Below, piece by piece: positions 28,035 through 37,575 of a stretch of 64,000 nt of DNA (the stretch's first letter is position 1; every line of letters begins with the position of its first letter). Origin of the DNA: Gemmatimonadota bacterium (lineage in GTDB: Bacteria > Gemmatimonadota > Gemmatimonadetes > Gemmatimonadales > GWC2-71-9). The DNA lies in the NCBI GenBank assembly GCA_041477065.1, contig JBGOUQ010000011.1:33423-97422 (forward strand). The letters are read 5' to 3'. Position numbers and translations under genes: made by a program. Below the pieces are notes generated by a model. It ran no database searches. It was not told the origin of the DNA and saw nothing but the letters and a program-made list of their open reading frames with translations.

Positions 28035-29300
28035 TTAGAGAAGCATGGCCAAAGGGTTCTCCAGCATCTGCTTGAGCGTTCTCAAGAACGCCGCGCCGGT
28101 GGCGCCGTCGATCACGCGGTGGTCGCAGCTCATCGTGAGCCGCAGCCGCCGGCCGGGCACGACCTGGCCGTCCACCACCACCGGCTTCTGCGCGATCGTT
28201 CCCACCGCCAGGATCCCCGCCTCGGGCGGGTTGATCACCGCGGTGAACTGGTCGATATCGAACATCCCCAGGTTGGACACGCTGAACGTGGAGCCGGAGT
28301 ACTCCTCGGGCTTGAGCCGCCGGTCTCGCGCCCGCTGGGCCAGCTCGCGGGCTTCCGCGCCGATCTGCGTGAGTGATTTCAGATCGGCGTTGCGGATCAC
28401 CGGAGTGATCAGCCCGTCCTCGACCGCCACCGCGATCCCCAGGTGCACCACGTTCCAGTAGCGGATGTGGTCTTCCTGGAACCAGGCGTTGCACGACCGG
28501 TGTTTGGCGAGCGCCAGCGCGGTCGCCTTCACGACGATGTCGTTGAAACTGATCTTGCCCTGGTCGCCGAGCTGCGCGTTGAGCGCCGCGCGCGCCTCGG
28601 CCGCCCGCTCCATGTCCACCTCGGTCGTCAAGAAGAAGTGGGGGATGGGGCCGATCGAGGCCGCGAGCCGTTTGGCGATCGTCTTCCGGATCTGGGTCAG
28701 CGGGACGTCGTCGTACGGCGCCCCGGAAGGCGAGGCGGGGATGGGGGAAGAGGGAAGCGGGAAGGGGACGCCAGCCGCAACAACCGGGGCCGGTGCCCCT
28801 GGCGCGCCCGTTCGTTCCAGGTCCTTCTTGATGACGCGGCCGCCGGGGCCGGACCCGGTGACGAGCTTCAAGTCGACACCGGCGTCCTTGGCGATCCGGC
28901 GGGCGAGAGGCGACGCTTTCACTCGACTCGTGTCGAATGGGGTGGCGGCGATAGTCGGTGCCGGGGAGGGCGTCGGAGCAGTCAAGACCCTTCCTGCCTC
29001 CTCCTTCCCGCTTCCCGAGATCGCCGCCGCTGCCGCGGAACTCGCCCCCTCGACCTTCTCGCCCGGCGCCCCGATGTACGCGACGACGTTCCCGACCGGC
29101 ACCGTGCTCCCCGCGGCGGCGGCGATCTTGAGCAGGTGGCCGTCCGCCCGGGCGACCAGCTCCATCACCGCCTTGTCGGTTTCCACCTCGGCCAGGGTCT
29201 CCCCGGCCTTCACCGCGTCTCCTTCCTGCTTCGTCCACTTGACGAGGCGCCCTTCCTCCATCGTCGGCGACAGCGCCTCCATCACGACCGTGGTGGCCAT
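28035..29300 (-). CDS. pdhC: Pyruvate dehydrogenase E2 (dihydrolipoamide acetyltransferase)
   Basis: Lipoyl motif ETDKA; ASPLARR E3-binding domain; DHRVIDG. Confidence 0.96.
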   Translation of the reverse strand: MATTVVMEALSPTMEEGRLVKWTKQEGDAVKAGETLAEVETDKAVMELVARADGHLLKIAAAAGSTVPVGNVVAYIGAPGEKVEGASSAAAAAISGSGKEEAGRVLTAPTPSPAPTIAATPFDTSRVKASPLARRIAKDAGVDLKLVTGSGPGGRVIKKDLERTGAPGAPAPVVAAGVPFPLPSSPIPASPSGAPYDDVPLTQIRKTIAKRLAASIGPIPHFFLTTEVDMERAAEARAALNAQLGDQGKISFNDIVVKATALALAKHRSCNAWFQEDHIRYWNVVHLGIAVAVEDGLITPVIRNADLKSLTQIGAEARELAQRARDRRLKPEEYSGSTFSVSNLGMFDIDQFTAVINPPEAGILAVGTIAQKPVVVDGQVVPGRRLRLTMSCDHRVIDGATGAAFLRTLKQMLENPLAMLL

Positions 29301-29303
29301 GGG

Positions 29304-30284
29304 CTACTCGAGGTAGAGGACGCGTCGCGCAGCTTGAACCACGCGCTCGGGCGAGGGCTTGGCTGCCCGCTCGAGGTGCTTGTTGTAGGGCATCGGCGTG
29401 TCGGCCTGGGTGACCCGCAGCACCGGTGCGTCGAGTTGGTCGAACGCGTCGCGCTGGATCACGTCCACGACCTGCGCTCCCACGCCGCAGTGCGGCCAGC
29501 CTTCTTCGACGACGACGGCCCGGTTCGTCTTGGTCACGGACGCGAGAATCGCTGCCTCGTCGAGCGGCCGGAGGGAGCGTAAATCGATCACCTCGGCCGA
29601 GATGTTCTGGGCCTGGAGCTGCTCGGCCGCTTTGAGGGCCACGGTCACCGTTTTCGAATGCGCGATCAGCGTGACGTCGCTCCCCTCCCGCTTCACGTCC
29701 GCCTTGCCGATCGGCACCAGAATCTCGCCGTCCGGCACGTCGCCTTTCGTGTTGTAGAGCATCTCGCCTTCCAACACGATCACCGGGTTGTTGTCGCGGA
29801 TCGCGGACTTGAGCAACCCTTTGGCGTCGGCCGGCGTGGCCGGCGCGACAACCTTAAGGCCTGGGATGTGGGCGAGCCAGGACTCCCAGGCCTGGGAATG
29901 CTGGGAGGAGAGCTGCAGCGCCGCGCCGTTGGGGCCGCGGAACACGATCGGCATCGGGAGCTGGCCGCCGGACATGTACAGCATCTTGGCGGCGGCATTG
30001 ACGATCTGGTCCAGCGCCAGCACGGCGAAATTCCAGGTCATGAACTCGATCACTGGACGCAGCCCGGTCATCGCGGCCCCGACGCCGATCCCCGCGAACC
30101 CCAGCTCGGCGATCGGCGTGTCCACCACCCGCTGCGGCCCGAACTCCTCGAGCAGGCCCCGGCTCACCTTGTAGGCCCCCTGGTAGACCCCGACCTCCTC
30201 GCCCATGAGGAAGACCGTGGGGTCGCGCTGCATCTCCTCGCGCAGCGCCTGGTTCAGGGCATCCCGGTAGGTGAGGGTCGGCAT
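29304..30284 (-). CDS. pdhB: Pyruvate dehydrogenase E1 beta
   Basis: GEEVGVYQGAYKVS, DTPIAE, EFMTWNF, QHSQ. Confidence 0.96.
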   Translation of the reverse strand: MPTLTYRDALNQALREEMQRDPTVFLMGEEVGVYQGAYKVSRGLLEEFGPQRVVDTPIAELGFAGIGVGAAMTGLRPVIEFMTWNFAVLALDQIVNAAAKMLYMSGGQLPMPIVFRGPNGAALQLSSQHSQAWESWLAHIPGLKVVAPATPADAKGLLKSAIRDNNPVIVLEGEMLYNTKGDVPDGEILVPIGKADVKREGSDVTLIAHSKTVTVALKAAEQLQAQNISAEVIDLRSLRPLDEAAILASVTKTNRAVVVEEGWPHCGVGAQVVDVIQRDAFDQLDAPVLRVTQADTPMPYNKHLERAAKPSPERVVQAARRVLYLE

Positions 30285-30287
30285 CGC

Positions 30288-31259
30288 TCAGTCCGCCAGG
30301 ACGTGCGCGTACAGCTCTTCCGGCGCCGGGTCGGGACTCTCGTCGGCGAACCTGGCCGCCGCCTCCACCTCCGCGCGCACCTCGGCGTCGACCGCGTCGA
30401 GCCCGGTCTGATCCAATCCCCCAGCATCCTTGAGCGAGAGGGCGAGCTGGGTGATCGGGTCGCGCTTCTTCTGCTCTTCGACCTCTTCCTTCGTCCGGTA
30501 CACGCCGTGCAGCGGATCGGACATCGAATGGCCCATGAAGCGGTAGGTGCGAACCTCCAACAGGGTCGGATGACCGCCTTTGCGGGCCCGCTGCACCGCG
30601 CGCTGGGTCGCCTGGTACACCGCCAGCACGTCCATCCCGTTCACCGTCTCGGCCTGCATGTCGTAGCTGCAGGCGTGCTCCGCCACGTCGGTGATCGCGG
30701 CGACCCGCTCGAACGCGGTGCCCATGCCGTACCGGTTGTTTTCGCAGAGGAAAATGACGGGGAGCTTCCACACGGAGGTCATGTTCAAGGCCTCGTGGAA
30801 GGCGCCGATGTTCACCGCCGCCTCCCCGAAGTAGCAGAGGCACACCTGGTCGCCGCCGCGGTACTTGATCCCGAAACCGATTCCCGCGGCGAGCGGGAGG
30901 TGGCCACCTACGATCCCGTGCCCGCCCATGAAGCGTCTCCGAGCGTCGAACAGGTGCATCGACCCGCCCTTGCCCCCCGAGCACCCTGTCGCCTTGCCGT
31001 ACAGCTCGGCCATCACCGCGTTCGCGGGGATGCCCCTGACCAACGCCTGCCCGTGCTCCCGGTAGGAGCAGATCACGTAATCATCGTTGCGGAGCGCGGC
31101 GAGCGAGCCCACCGCCACCGCCTCCTGGCCGATGTACAGGTGGCAGAAGCCGCCGATCTTGCCCAAGGCGTACGCCTCGGCCGCCTTCTCCTCGAACCGC
31201 CGGATCAGCAGCATCTCCCGCAGCATCCGGCGGTGGAGGTCGGCGTGCACCTGGTCCAT
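30288..31259 (-). CDS. pdhA: Pyruvate dehydrogenase E1 alpha
   Basis: GGFCHLYIGQEA, GKGGSMH, YRFMGHSMSDP. Confidence 0.96.
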   Translation of the reverse strand: MDQVHADLHRRMLREMLLIRRFEEKAAEAYALGKIGGFCHLYIGQEAVAVGSLAALRNDDYVICSYREHGQALVRGIPANAVMAELYGKATGCSGGKGGSMHLFDARRRFMGGHGIVGGHLPLAAGIGFGIKYRGGDQVCLCYFGEAAVNIGAFHEALNMTSVWKLPVIFLCENNRYGMGTAFERVAAITDVAEHACSYDMQAETVNGMDVLAVYQATQRAVQRARKGGHPTLLEVRTYRFMGHSMSDPLHGVYRTKEEVEEQKKRDPITQLALSLKDAGGLDQTGLDAVDAEVRAEVEAAARFADESPDPAPEELYAHVLAD

Positions 31260-31272
31260 GAAATCCTCGGGG

Positions 31273-32193
31273 TTACCGGGTCGCCACCGCGCTCGCGGCT
31301 TGCTCCCACGCGTGGTAGCTCGAGCGAACCAGCGGGCCTGCCTCCACGTGCCGGAACCCCATCGTGAGTCCCAGCCGTTTCAGCTCGGCGAATTCCGCCG
31401 GCGTGTACCAGCGCGCGATCGGCAGGTGGTCCTCGGACGGCCGGAGGTACTGGCCGACGGTCAGGATGTCGACGTCCTGAGCGCGCAGGTCCCGCATGGC
31501 GACGAGCAGCTCGTCCCATTCTTCGCCCAGGCCGCAGATGAGCCCCGACTTGGTGAGCAAGTCCGGCGCGATCGTCTTGGCGCGGCGGAACAGCTCCAGC
31601 GCGCGTGCATAGCGGCCCCCCGGGCGGGCGATGCGGTACAGGCGCTCGATCGTCTCGAGGTTGTGGTTCAGGATATCCGGGCGCGCCGCGATCACGAGGC
31701 GCAGCGCCGGCTCGCCACCCTTGAAGTCGGGGATCAACACTTCGATCGACGCGCCCGGCAGCCGCCGGCGGATCTCGGTGATGCAGTCGGCGAACACCTC
31801 AGCGCCGCCGTTCGGCAAATCGTCGCGGTCGACGCTGGTGATCACCACGTGGTTCAGGTCCATCTGGGCGACCGCTTCGGCGAGGCGGACCGGCTCATCC
31901 TGGTCGAGCGGTCCCGGCGTCCCGTGGGCCACGGCGCAATACGCGCAGTTCCGAGTACACACGTCGCCTAGAATCATGAAGGTCGCCGCCTTGTGCTCCC
32001 AACACTCCCCAATGTTGGGACAATGCGCCTCCTCGCAGACCGTGTGCAGCTTCAGGTCCCGCATCATTTGCTTGAGGCCGATGTAGGTGGATCCGCCGGG
32101 CGCTTTGACCTTCAGCCACGCCGGCTTACGCTGGGGAGCGGCGGCGCCGCGCGAGTTGGGACGGGGACTGATCTGTACAAGCGGAGCAGCCAT
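31273..32193 (-). CDS. lipA: Lipoyl synthase
   Basis: CEEAHCPNIGEC, CTRNCAYC radical-SAM motif, RSSYHA; ATG 32193. Confidence 0.97.
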   Translation of the reverse strand: MAAPLVQISPRPNSRGAAAPQRKPAWLKVKAPGGSTYIGLKQMMRDLKLHTVCEEAHCPNIGECWEHKAATFMILGDVCTRNCAYCAVAHGTPGPLDQDEPVRLAEAVAQMDLNHVVITSVDRDDLPNGGAEVFADCITEIRRRLPGASIEVLIPDFKGGEPALRLVIAARPDILNHNLETIERLYRIARPGGRYARALELFRRAKTIAPDLLTKSGLICGLGEEWDELLVAMRDLRAQDVDILTVGQYLRPSEDHLPIARWYTPAEFAELKRLGLTMGFRHVEAGPLVRSSYHAWEQAASAVATR

Positions 32194-32264
32194 TGGGCCT
32201 TGGGCTCGGAAGTGTCGGAAGATAGTGGCGGGCGGTGGGTGGGGGTAGCGTTTGATTACAGAAA

Positions 32265-33266
32265 TCAACCGGATGGTTGATGGCCCCCTCTCCCCTTGAG
32301 GCGCCGGAGCTCCTCTTCCAGCTCCGCGGTCGAGCTCAAGGTTCCGTCCGCGATCTCGGCCTCCTCTTCGGCGTCCCGCCACTGCCGCTCGAGCTCATGC
32401 ACCTCCGCCTGCTCGTCCACCGCCATCTCGAGCGCCAGCTGCCGCTCGGCGCGGAGCGAGCGCAGCGTCAGCTCCCGTCGCGAAATGTCCCGGATCAACT
32501 CGTCCGCTCCCCCGATCTGATCTACCACCCGGGCCGCGTCTTCGGCGCGGCGGCGGCTGCCGCGACGCACATTCAGGTAGGTGAGCCCCGGCCGCAGCAC
32601 CTGCGCCGCATCGTGCCCGGTCAGCAACGCGCCTTCACGATGGCAGCTCGGGCAGCTCACCAGCACGGCCAGGTCGGCCTTGGCGTCGTGGATCAGCCGG
32701 GCGTGCTGCACGTGCTTGGCGCGCAACTCCATGACGTTGCCGCAGCGCTCACAGATCGGCGTCTCGACCACGATCACCTTGCGGTTCCCGACGATCTTCA
32801 AGTACGCCCAGTCGCCGATTCGGTGGAGGTTCCAGGCGAACGCGCCGAAGGAGCCGCCCACGGCGACGTTCGCCGCGATACCCAGCCCCACCGCGGCCAC
32901 CGTCAGCGGGATGACCACCTTGGCGCGCTCGAGCTGGCGGGCACGCAGCCGCTCCCCATAGCGCCACGGAGCGAGCTCCACCCGGGGCGGTTTGCCGACC
33001 CGCACCAGGTCGTAGCGCTGCCAGCGCACCAGGACCACCTGGTCCGTCGAGGCGAGGACGTGCCCCTCGCGCGCGACGCGCGCCAGCGTCTCGATCCGCT
33101 CCAGCCGGTCGTCGATGGGGGTGAGATTCCAGCGAGCGCACTTGGGGCAGATCACCCAAAGGCGGCCTCGCCATTCGTCGAACGCGAGCCGCCGGCCGAC
33201 GCCGAGTCCAGAGGGCCCTCCGTCACCGTCGAATGTGGCGTTGCAGAACGCGCAGGTGGCGTACAT
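32265..33266 (-). CDS. Conserved hypothetical protein with four CxxC motifs and a central TM
   Basis: CAFC, CPKC, CERC, CPSC; GRRLAFDEWRGRLW; WRYG; coiled-coil end. Confidence 0.8.
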   Translation of the reverse strand: MYATCAFCNATFDGDGGPSGLGVGRRLAFDEWRGRLWVICPKCARWNLTPIDDRLERIETLARVAREGHVLASTDQVVLVRWQRYDLVRVGKPPRVELAPWRYGERLRARQLERAKVVIPLTVAAVGLGIAANVAVGGSFGAFAWNLHRIGDWAYLKIVGNRKVIVVETPICERCGNVMELRAKHVQHARLIHDAKADLAVLVSCPSCHREGALLTGHDAAQVLRPGLTYLNVRRGSRRRAEDAARVVDQIGGADELIRDISRRELTLRSLRAERQLALEMAVDEQAEVHELERQWRDAEEEAEIADGTLSSTAELEEELRRLKGRGGHQPSG

Positions 33267-34366
33267 CAGCGATCGGGGCGGAAGGGTGTGAGGTCCAGAT
33301 CCGTTGCTCCCTGCGACAACAGCTCCCCGATAGTTTCACCGGTCAGCGCCGCGAGCAGTACGCCGTTACGACCGTGGCCGGTGGCGTACAACAGGCCGCG
33401 GACCTCCGGGTCTGGGCCGAGGATCGGCCGTCCGTCGGGGGTCACGGGACGGAGCCCGGCCCACATTCGCTGCACGGGAAGCGCGGCCACAGAGGGCAGC
33501 AACCGCACCGCGCTGCGGAAGATCTGCGCCAATCCGTCGTTGGTCACCTGGGAATCGAACCCGGCGCGTTCCATGGTGCTGCCTAGGATCGCTTCGGCGC
33601 CGCGATTCAGAATGTAGCCGTGATCGTGGTAGAGGATGACCGGCGGCGTTTCACCCGGCCACGGGGTCGCCGCCATCTGGCCACGGACGGGGGCGATGTC
33701 GAGCGGACGCGGCAGGCCGGCGAGGAGGGCCGACCAGGCCCCGGCGGCGACGACGACCCGCTCCGCGGACACCGTCTCGCCGCCGGCGACTACCCCCGTC
33801 ACGTGGTCGCCAGCGATCGTGAGGCGGTCGGCCTTCACGTGCAGGTGGCTCGCACCTAAGCGCCGCGCATCCGCCAGGAAGGCGCGGGTGAGGGCCTGCG
33901 GATCCACGGCGCCGTCTTCGGAGGCCCAAAGGGCGCCCGTGGCCTCGGGAGCGGCGCCCGGCCAGCGCTCCCGGAGCTCATCGCTGGACAGCCAATCGCA
34001 GCGCAACCCCGCCTGGCGCTGCATCGCGGCGGCCTCGCCGAGGCGGGCCGCCTGCGGCTCGTCGAACGCCACAGCGGCGATCCCCCCTCGCCAGAACCCG
34101 ATGTCGATCCCGGTGGTATCTTTCAGGGTGGCGGCGAGCTCCTCGTAGCGATCGCGCCCGCGGACGCACACGGCGAGCATGATGTCGTCGCTTGGCTCGA
34201 TCTGGGCTGCGAGCATGCCCGCTGACGCAGGGGAGGCGGCCGCGGGGTCGGGGCCCGGCTCCAGGTAGGCGGTATGAAGCCCTCGCAGCGCAGCGGCGCG
34301 GGCGCAGGCGGCGCCGATCACGCCGCCCCCGATCACGACGACGTCGTACGCCGAAACTTTCGTCAT
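33266..34366 (-). CDS. thiO: Glycine oxidase ThiO-like FAD oxidoreductase
   Basis: IGGGVIG, ASAGML, PVRGQM, WAGLRP, TGHGRNGVLLA. Confidence 0.85.
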   Translation of the reverse strand: MTKVSAYDVVVIGGGVIGAACARAAALRGLHTAYLEPGPDPAAASPASAGMLAAQIEPSDDIMLAVCVRGRDRYEELAATLKDTTGIDIGFWRGGIAAVAFDEPQAARLGEAAAMQRQAGLRCDWLSSDELRERWPGAAPEATGALWASEDGAVDPQALTRAFLADARRLGASHLHVKADRLTIAGDHVTGVVAGGETVSAERVVVAAGAWSALLAGLPRPLDIAPVRGQMAATPWPGETPPVILYHDHGYILNRGAEAILGSTMERAGFDSQVTNDGLAQIFRSAVRLLPSVAALPVQRMWAGLRPVTPDGRPILGPDPEVRGLLYATGHGRNGVLLAALTGETIGELLSQGATDLDLTPFRPDR

Positions 34367-34414
34367 TCGACCGGCGTACGGCCGTCAGTACTGCAGGACC
34401 ACGCGGAGGATACC

Positions 34415-34633
34415 ATGTTCCGGAGCATTCTGGGCTTTGCCGTTCTCGCGGTCGTCGCCTGGCTCGGCCTCAAGATCCTGTTCGGCTTGATGGGCGGCCT
34501 GATCGGCCTCGCGGGCACCATTCTGTGGCTCGCCGCCCTCGGCTTCATTTTCTATATGGTGCTTCGGGTCATCAGCCCGAGCACGGCCGACAAGGTGCGG
34601 GAGATGATCAAGGGGCGTCCCGCGCAATCCTAG
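34415..34633 (+). CDS. Small 2-TM hypothetical protein
   Basis: GGAGG RBS before ATG 34415; 72 aa, strongly hydrophobic. Confidence 0.8.
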   Translation: MFRSILGFAVLAVVAWLGLKILFGLMGGLIGLAGTILWLAALGFIFYMVLRVISPSTADKVREMIKGRPAQS

Positions 34634-35085
34634 CGATCCCAGGGCAGCACCTGGCTCGAGTGGACGTGGACGATCTTCCAGCCGTTGGCCTTCTCTTCGC
34701 ACACGAAGGTCGCCCGTCCCGCCTCGGCCTGATTGCGCTCTAAGCTGAACCACCGGTAATCGATCATCACCCAAGCGAACCGGCCTTCCAGGGTCACCGT
34801 CGCAGCTGCGACGGTGACCCTGCCGCCGTATGCGACGCCCGCGAAGCGGGGGGCGGCGAATCGCACCCGTGCATTCGCGACCACCATCGCCTCCGGCGCG
34901 TACAGCGTGTCTGCCGACCGGTTCCACGCCGCATCGAGCTGAATGGCCTGGCGTACGAGGTCCTGGATGCGCTCGGGCGTACCCAGCGCCGTGCGTGGCA
35001 CGCCGCGCGGCGCGCGCTGCCGCGTCGTGCACCCGCTGAGCGCCAGGGCCGTCAGCACGATCGTTCCTCGAAGCCTAGCGTTCAT
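34630..35085 (-). CDS. NTF2/SnoaL-like lipoprotein
   Basis: LSGC lipobox; C-terminal GRATFV...GWKIVHVHSS typical of the NTF2 fold. Confidence 0.75.
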   Translation of the reverse strand: MNARLRGTIVLTALALSGCTTRQRAPRGVPRTALGTPERIQDLVRQAIQLDAAWNRSADTLYAPEAMVVANARVRFAAPRFAGVAYGGRVTVAAATVTLEGRFAWVMIDYRWFSLERNQAEAGRATFVCEEKANGWKIVHVHSSQVLPWDR

Positions 35086-36031
35086 CGAGGTGGTGGAGCA
35101 CGGCCCAGCAGAGCAGCGGGAATAGAATCTCATGGTGGCCGGTCAGCATCACGCCACGGCCGCTTCCCAGGGTCGGTCGCTCCACCACATTGACCCGCGG
35201 GCGGTAGTGCCGCTGCATGTCGCAATCGCAGGCGGTGAAGTCTCGAGGCCGGCCGGCGTTCAAGTTGCGGGCCACGGTCAGCGCCTTGAGGAACACTTCC
35301 GGCAACACCACGGCGCTGCCGAGGTTGAGCACTACGCCGCCGCCGTCCAAGTCCGGGAGCACGGCGGCCAGCCGCTTGAAGTCGCGGTGGCTCGTGGCGC
35401 CCAGCGCGGCGCCGTCGGCCGTCGGGTGCTGGTGGATGATCTCGGCGCCGACGGCGGCGTGCACGGTGACGGGCACCCCCAGCTCGGCACAGGCGAGGAG
35501 CACCGAGACCGAGCGCCCCGGCAGCGCCGGGCGCTGTCCGAGCGCGCGGGCGAGCGCTTCCCCCATCCCCTGCTGCGCGCGGGCGCCGGCGGCCACCGCC
35601 GCGTTCATCTCCCGGCCCGTCTCTTCCGCCATGCCGAACGTTCCATCGCTCAGTCCGGCGGCAACGTCCTCGCTGGTGCCGCCGTAGGCCGCGAGCTCGA
35701 AGTCATGGATCGCCGCGCTCCCGTTCATGGCGACGTGCGTGATCACCTTGCGCCGCAGCAGCTCGATCAGCAGGGGTCCGAGGCCCACCTTGATCACGTG
35801 TCCGCCCAGCATCGCGACGACGGCGCGGCGGCCGGCCGCTTGCGCGATCTGGTGGACCACCGTGCGCAAGTCGCGGGCGGCGAGGATGTCGGGCAGCGAG
35901 CTCCAGAAAGCGGCGAAGCTACGATCGGCGCCCGGGGGATGGGCGAGCAGGGTGGGATCGACCTTGTTGGAGCGGCGCGCGATGGGGACGGTCTTGAGGC
36001 GACTGAAGTCCGCCTCACGGTAGTCGGTCAT
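35075..36031 (-). CDS. Deoxyhypusine-synthase-like fold protein (GSU2086-like)
   Basis: MLGGHVIKVG, AMNGSAAIHDFE, TSEDV, NLGSAVVLPEVFLKA, HYRPRVNVV, GHHE. Confidence 0.7.
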   Translation of the reverse strand: MTDYREADFSRLKTVPIARRSNKVDPTLLAHPPGADRSFAAFWSSLPDILAARDLRTVVHQIAQAAGRRAVVAMLGGHVIKVGLGPLLIELLRRKVITHVAMNGSAAIHDFELAAYGGTSEDVAAGLSDGTFGMAEETGREMNAAVAAGARAQQGMGEALARALGQRPALPGRSVSVLLACAELGVPVTVHAAVGAEIIHQHPTADGAALGATSHRDFKRLAAVLPDLDGGGVVLNLGSAVVLPEVFLKALTVARNLNAGRPRDFTACDCDMQRHYRPRVNVVERPTLGSGRGVMLTGHHEILFPLLCWAVLHHLDER

Positions 36032-37560
36032 GGCTGCTCCGGGACGGAGAACTCCTTGAGCTTCAGCGTGACCTGGCCGAACGAAAACGTGGACTGCAAC
36101 GCCAACATGATGCGGCGGGGGTCGTCGGAGAGCCACATCCGGGCGTCCGCCTTCTCGGCGAAGATGCCGCGCCCGTTGGGGATCGCCGGCCGAACGACGA
36201 TCGCGTTCCACTTGCGCCCCGCCACGCTCACCCGCTCGCGGCCCAGGACCTCCACGATGACCGGGTTGCGATCGGGCCGGAAGTAACGACGGTATTCGTA
36301 GCGCTTGCCCTGCTCCAGCGGCACGGTCCGGATCCAGTAGAGGAACGCCGCGTCGTCGAGCGGTTCCGACACGGTGGGAAAGGTGGAGTCCTTGCCCTCT
36401 TCGCGGTAAAACCCGGAATCGGGATAGATCTCGTACGCCCGGTGCCACTGGCGACCACGCTCGTCGGTGTCCTGGCGAAAACGGCGCGACTGGAAATCAC
36501 TCCGACCCACCCACGATTCCATGGTTTGGTCGAGGTGGTACCACAGCGCCCCGCCCACGATGCGGAAGGTGAAGTGCACGGTCTCGACGCCGCGCAGCGT
36601 ATCCACACCGACCACTTCCATCGTGGCCACCCCGACATTGAAGATCCCGTACTTGGCCTGGTAGCGGAGCCGCTCGCCGGTCTTGAACGGAACGGCACTC
36701 GGTGCCCCCACCACGGTGGTCACGGGCACCGCCACCGAGACGTGCGTGGAGTCGTTCTGGCCGCGGATCGCGGCGGGGGCGGCGAGGAGAAGCAGGGTGG
36801 CGGTGGCCGTCGCAACGGCGACGCGCGCGGCATTGATCACCGAACGGGCCCGCCAGGCGGCGATCAACTCCTGCCACGGGTGCGCGCGGGACGGCCGCTG
36901 ATGCATGTCGTAGCGGGCCGCCGCGCTCACGGTTTCGAGCCGGCGCGCGTGCGGAGCCAGCCGGGCGAGGAGCTCGGCATTGGCGCACCAGCCGTCGGTC
37001 GTGAGCAGAGTGGGCGAAGCTGGTCCGTGGGGGGGCCCGTCGCCGCGGGTGGCCTGGCGTAGCACCACCAGCCGCAGCGCCAAGTAGCCCGATACTGTGT
37101 CCCGCACGCCGGCCACGCGGAGCAGCCGTGGGGTGACGCGGCGCGCCACGCGCAGGCTCCAGGGGGTGCGACCGATCCCGTTCATCTGCTCGACCACGAC
37201 GAGGTCAGCGCCCGATTCCAGCTTCTTGACCATCTCCTCCATGGCGTCGGGCGAGTGGACGAAGTCGGCGTGGAGCGTGATTGCGCAGTCCCGCTTCGGC
37301 CGGTCGGTGCGCTGCAAGGCGAGGCGGAGCAGCTCCTCGAGGCTGCGCGCGTATCCGGTCCGCACCTTGTGCGTCACGACCGTCATCGGGAGCACGCGCG
37401 CGTAGCCCGCGAGCACGTCGGCGGTACCGTCGGTGGAGCCGTCGTCGCACACGAGGAGCTGATACTCGCGCTGGAAGGCGGTGAACACTTGCCGCACCTT
37501 CCAAAGCACGAGGCCGGCGGTCTTCGCCTCGTTGTGGACTGGGACGCACACGTAGATCAT
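36028..37560 (-). CDS. GT2 glycosyltransferase fused to a DUF3108-like domain
   Basis: N-terminal VPVHNE, DDGSTDGT; hydrophobic linker; C-terminal PFKTGERLRY...WLSDDPRRI...TLKL. Confidence 0.8.
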   Translation of the reverse strand: MIYVCVPVHNEAKTAGLVLWKVRQVFTAFQREYQLLVCDDGSTDGTADVLAGYARVLPMTVVTHKVRTGYARSLEELLRLALQRTDRPKRDCAITLHADFVHSPDAMEEMVKKLESGADLVVVEQMNGIGRTPWSLRVARRVTPRLLRVAGVRDTVSGYLALRLVVLRQATRGDGPPHGPASPTLLTTDGWCANAELLARLAPHARRLETVSAAARYDMHQRPSRAHPWQELIAAWRARSVINAARVAVATATATLLLLAAPAAIRGQNDSTHVSVAVPVTTVVGAPSAVPFKTGERLRYQAKYGIFNVGVATMEVVGVDTLRGVETVHFTFRIVGGALWYHLDQTMESWVGRSDFQSRRFRQDTDERGRQWHRAYEIYPDSGFYREEGKDSTFPTVSEPLDDAAFLYWIRTVPLEQGKRYEYRRYFRPDRNPVIVEVLGRERVSVAGRKWNAIVVRPAIPNGRGIFAEKADARMWLSDDPRRIMLALQSTFSFGQVTLKLKEFSVPEQP

Positions 37561-37575
37561 GGCCCTGCAATCTAG

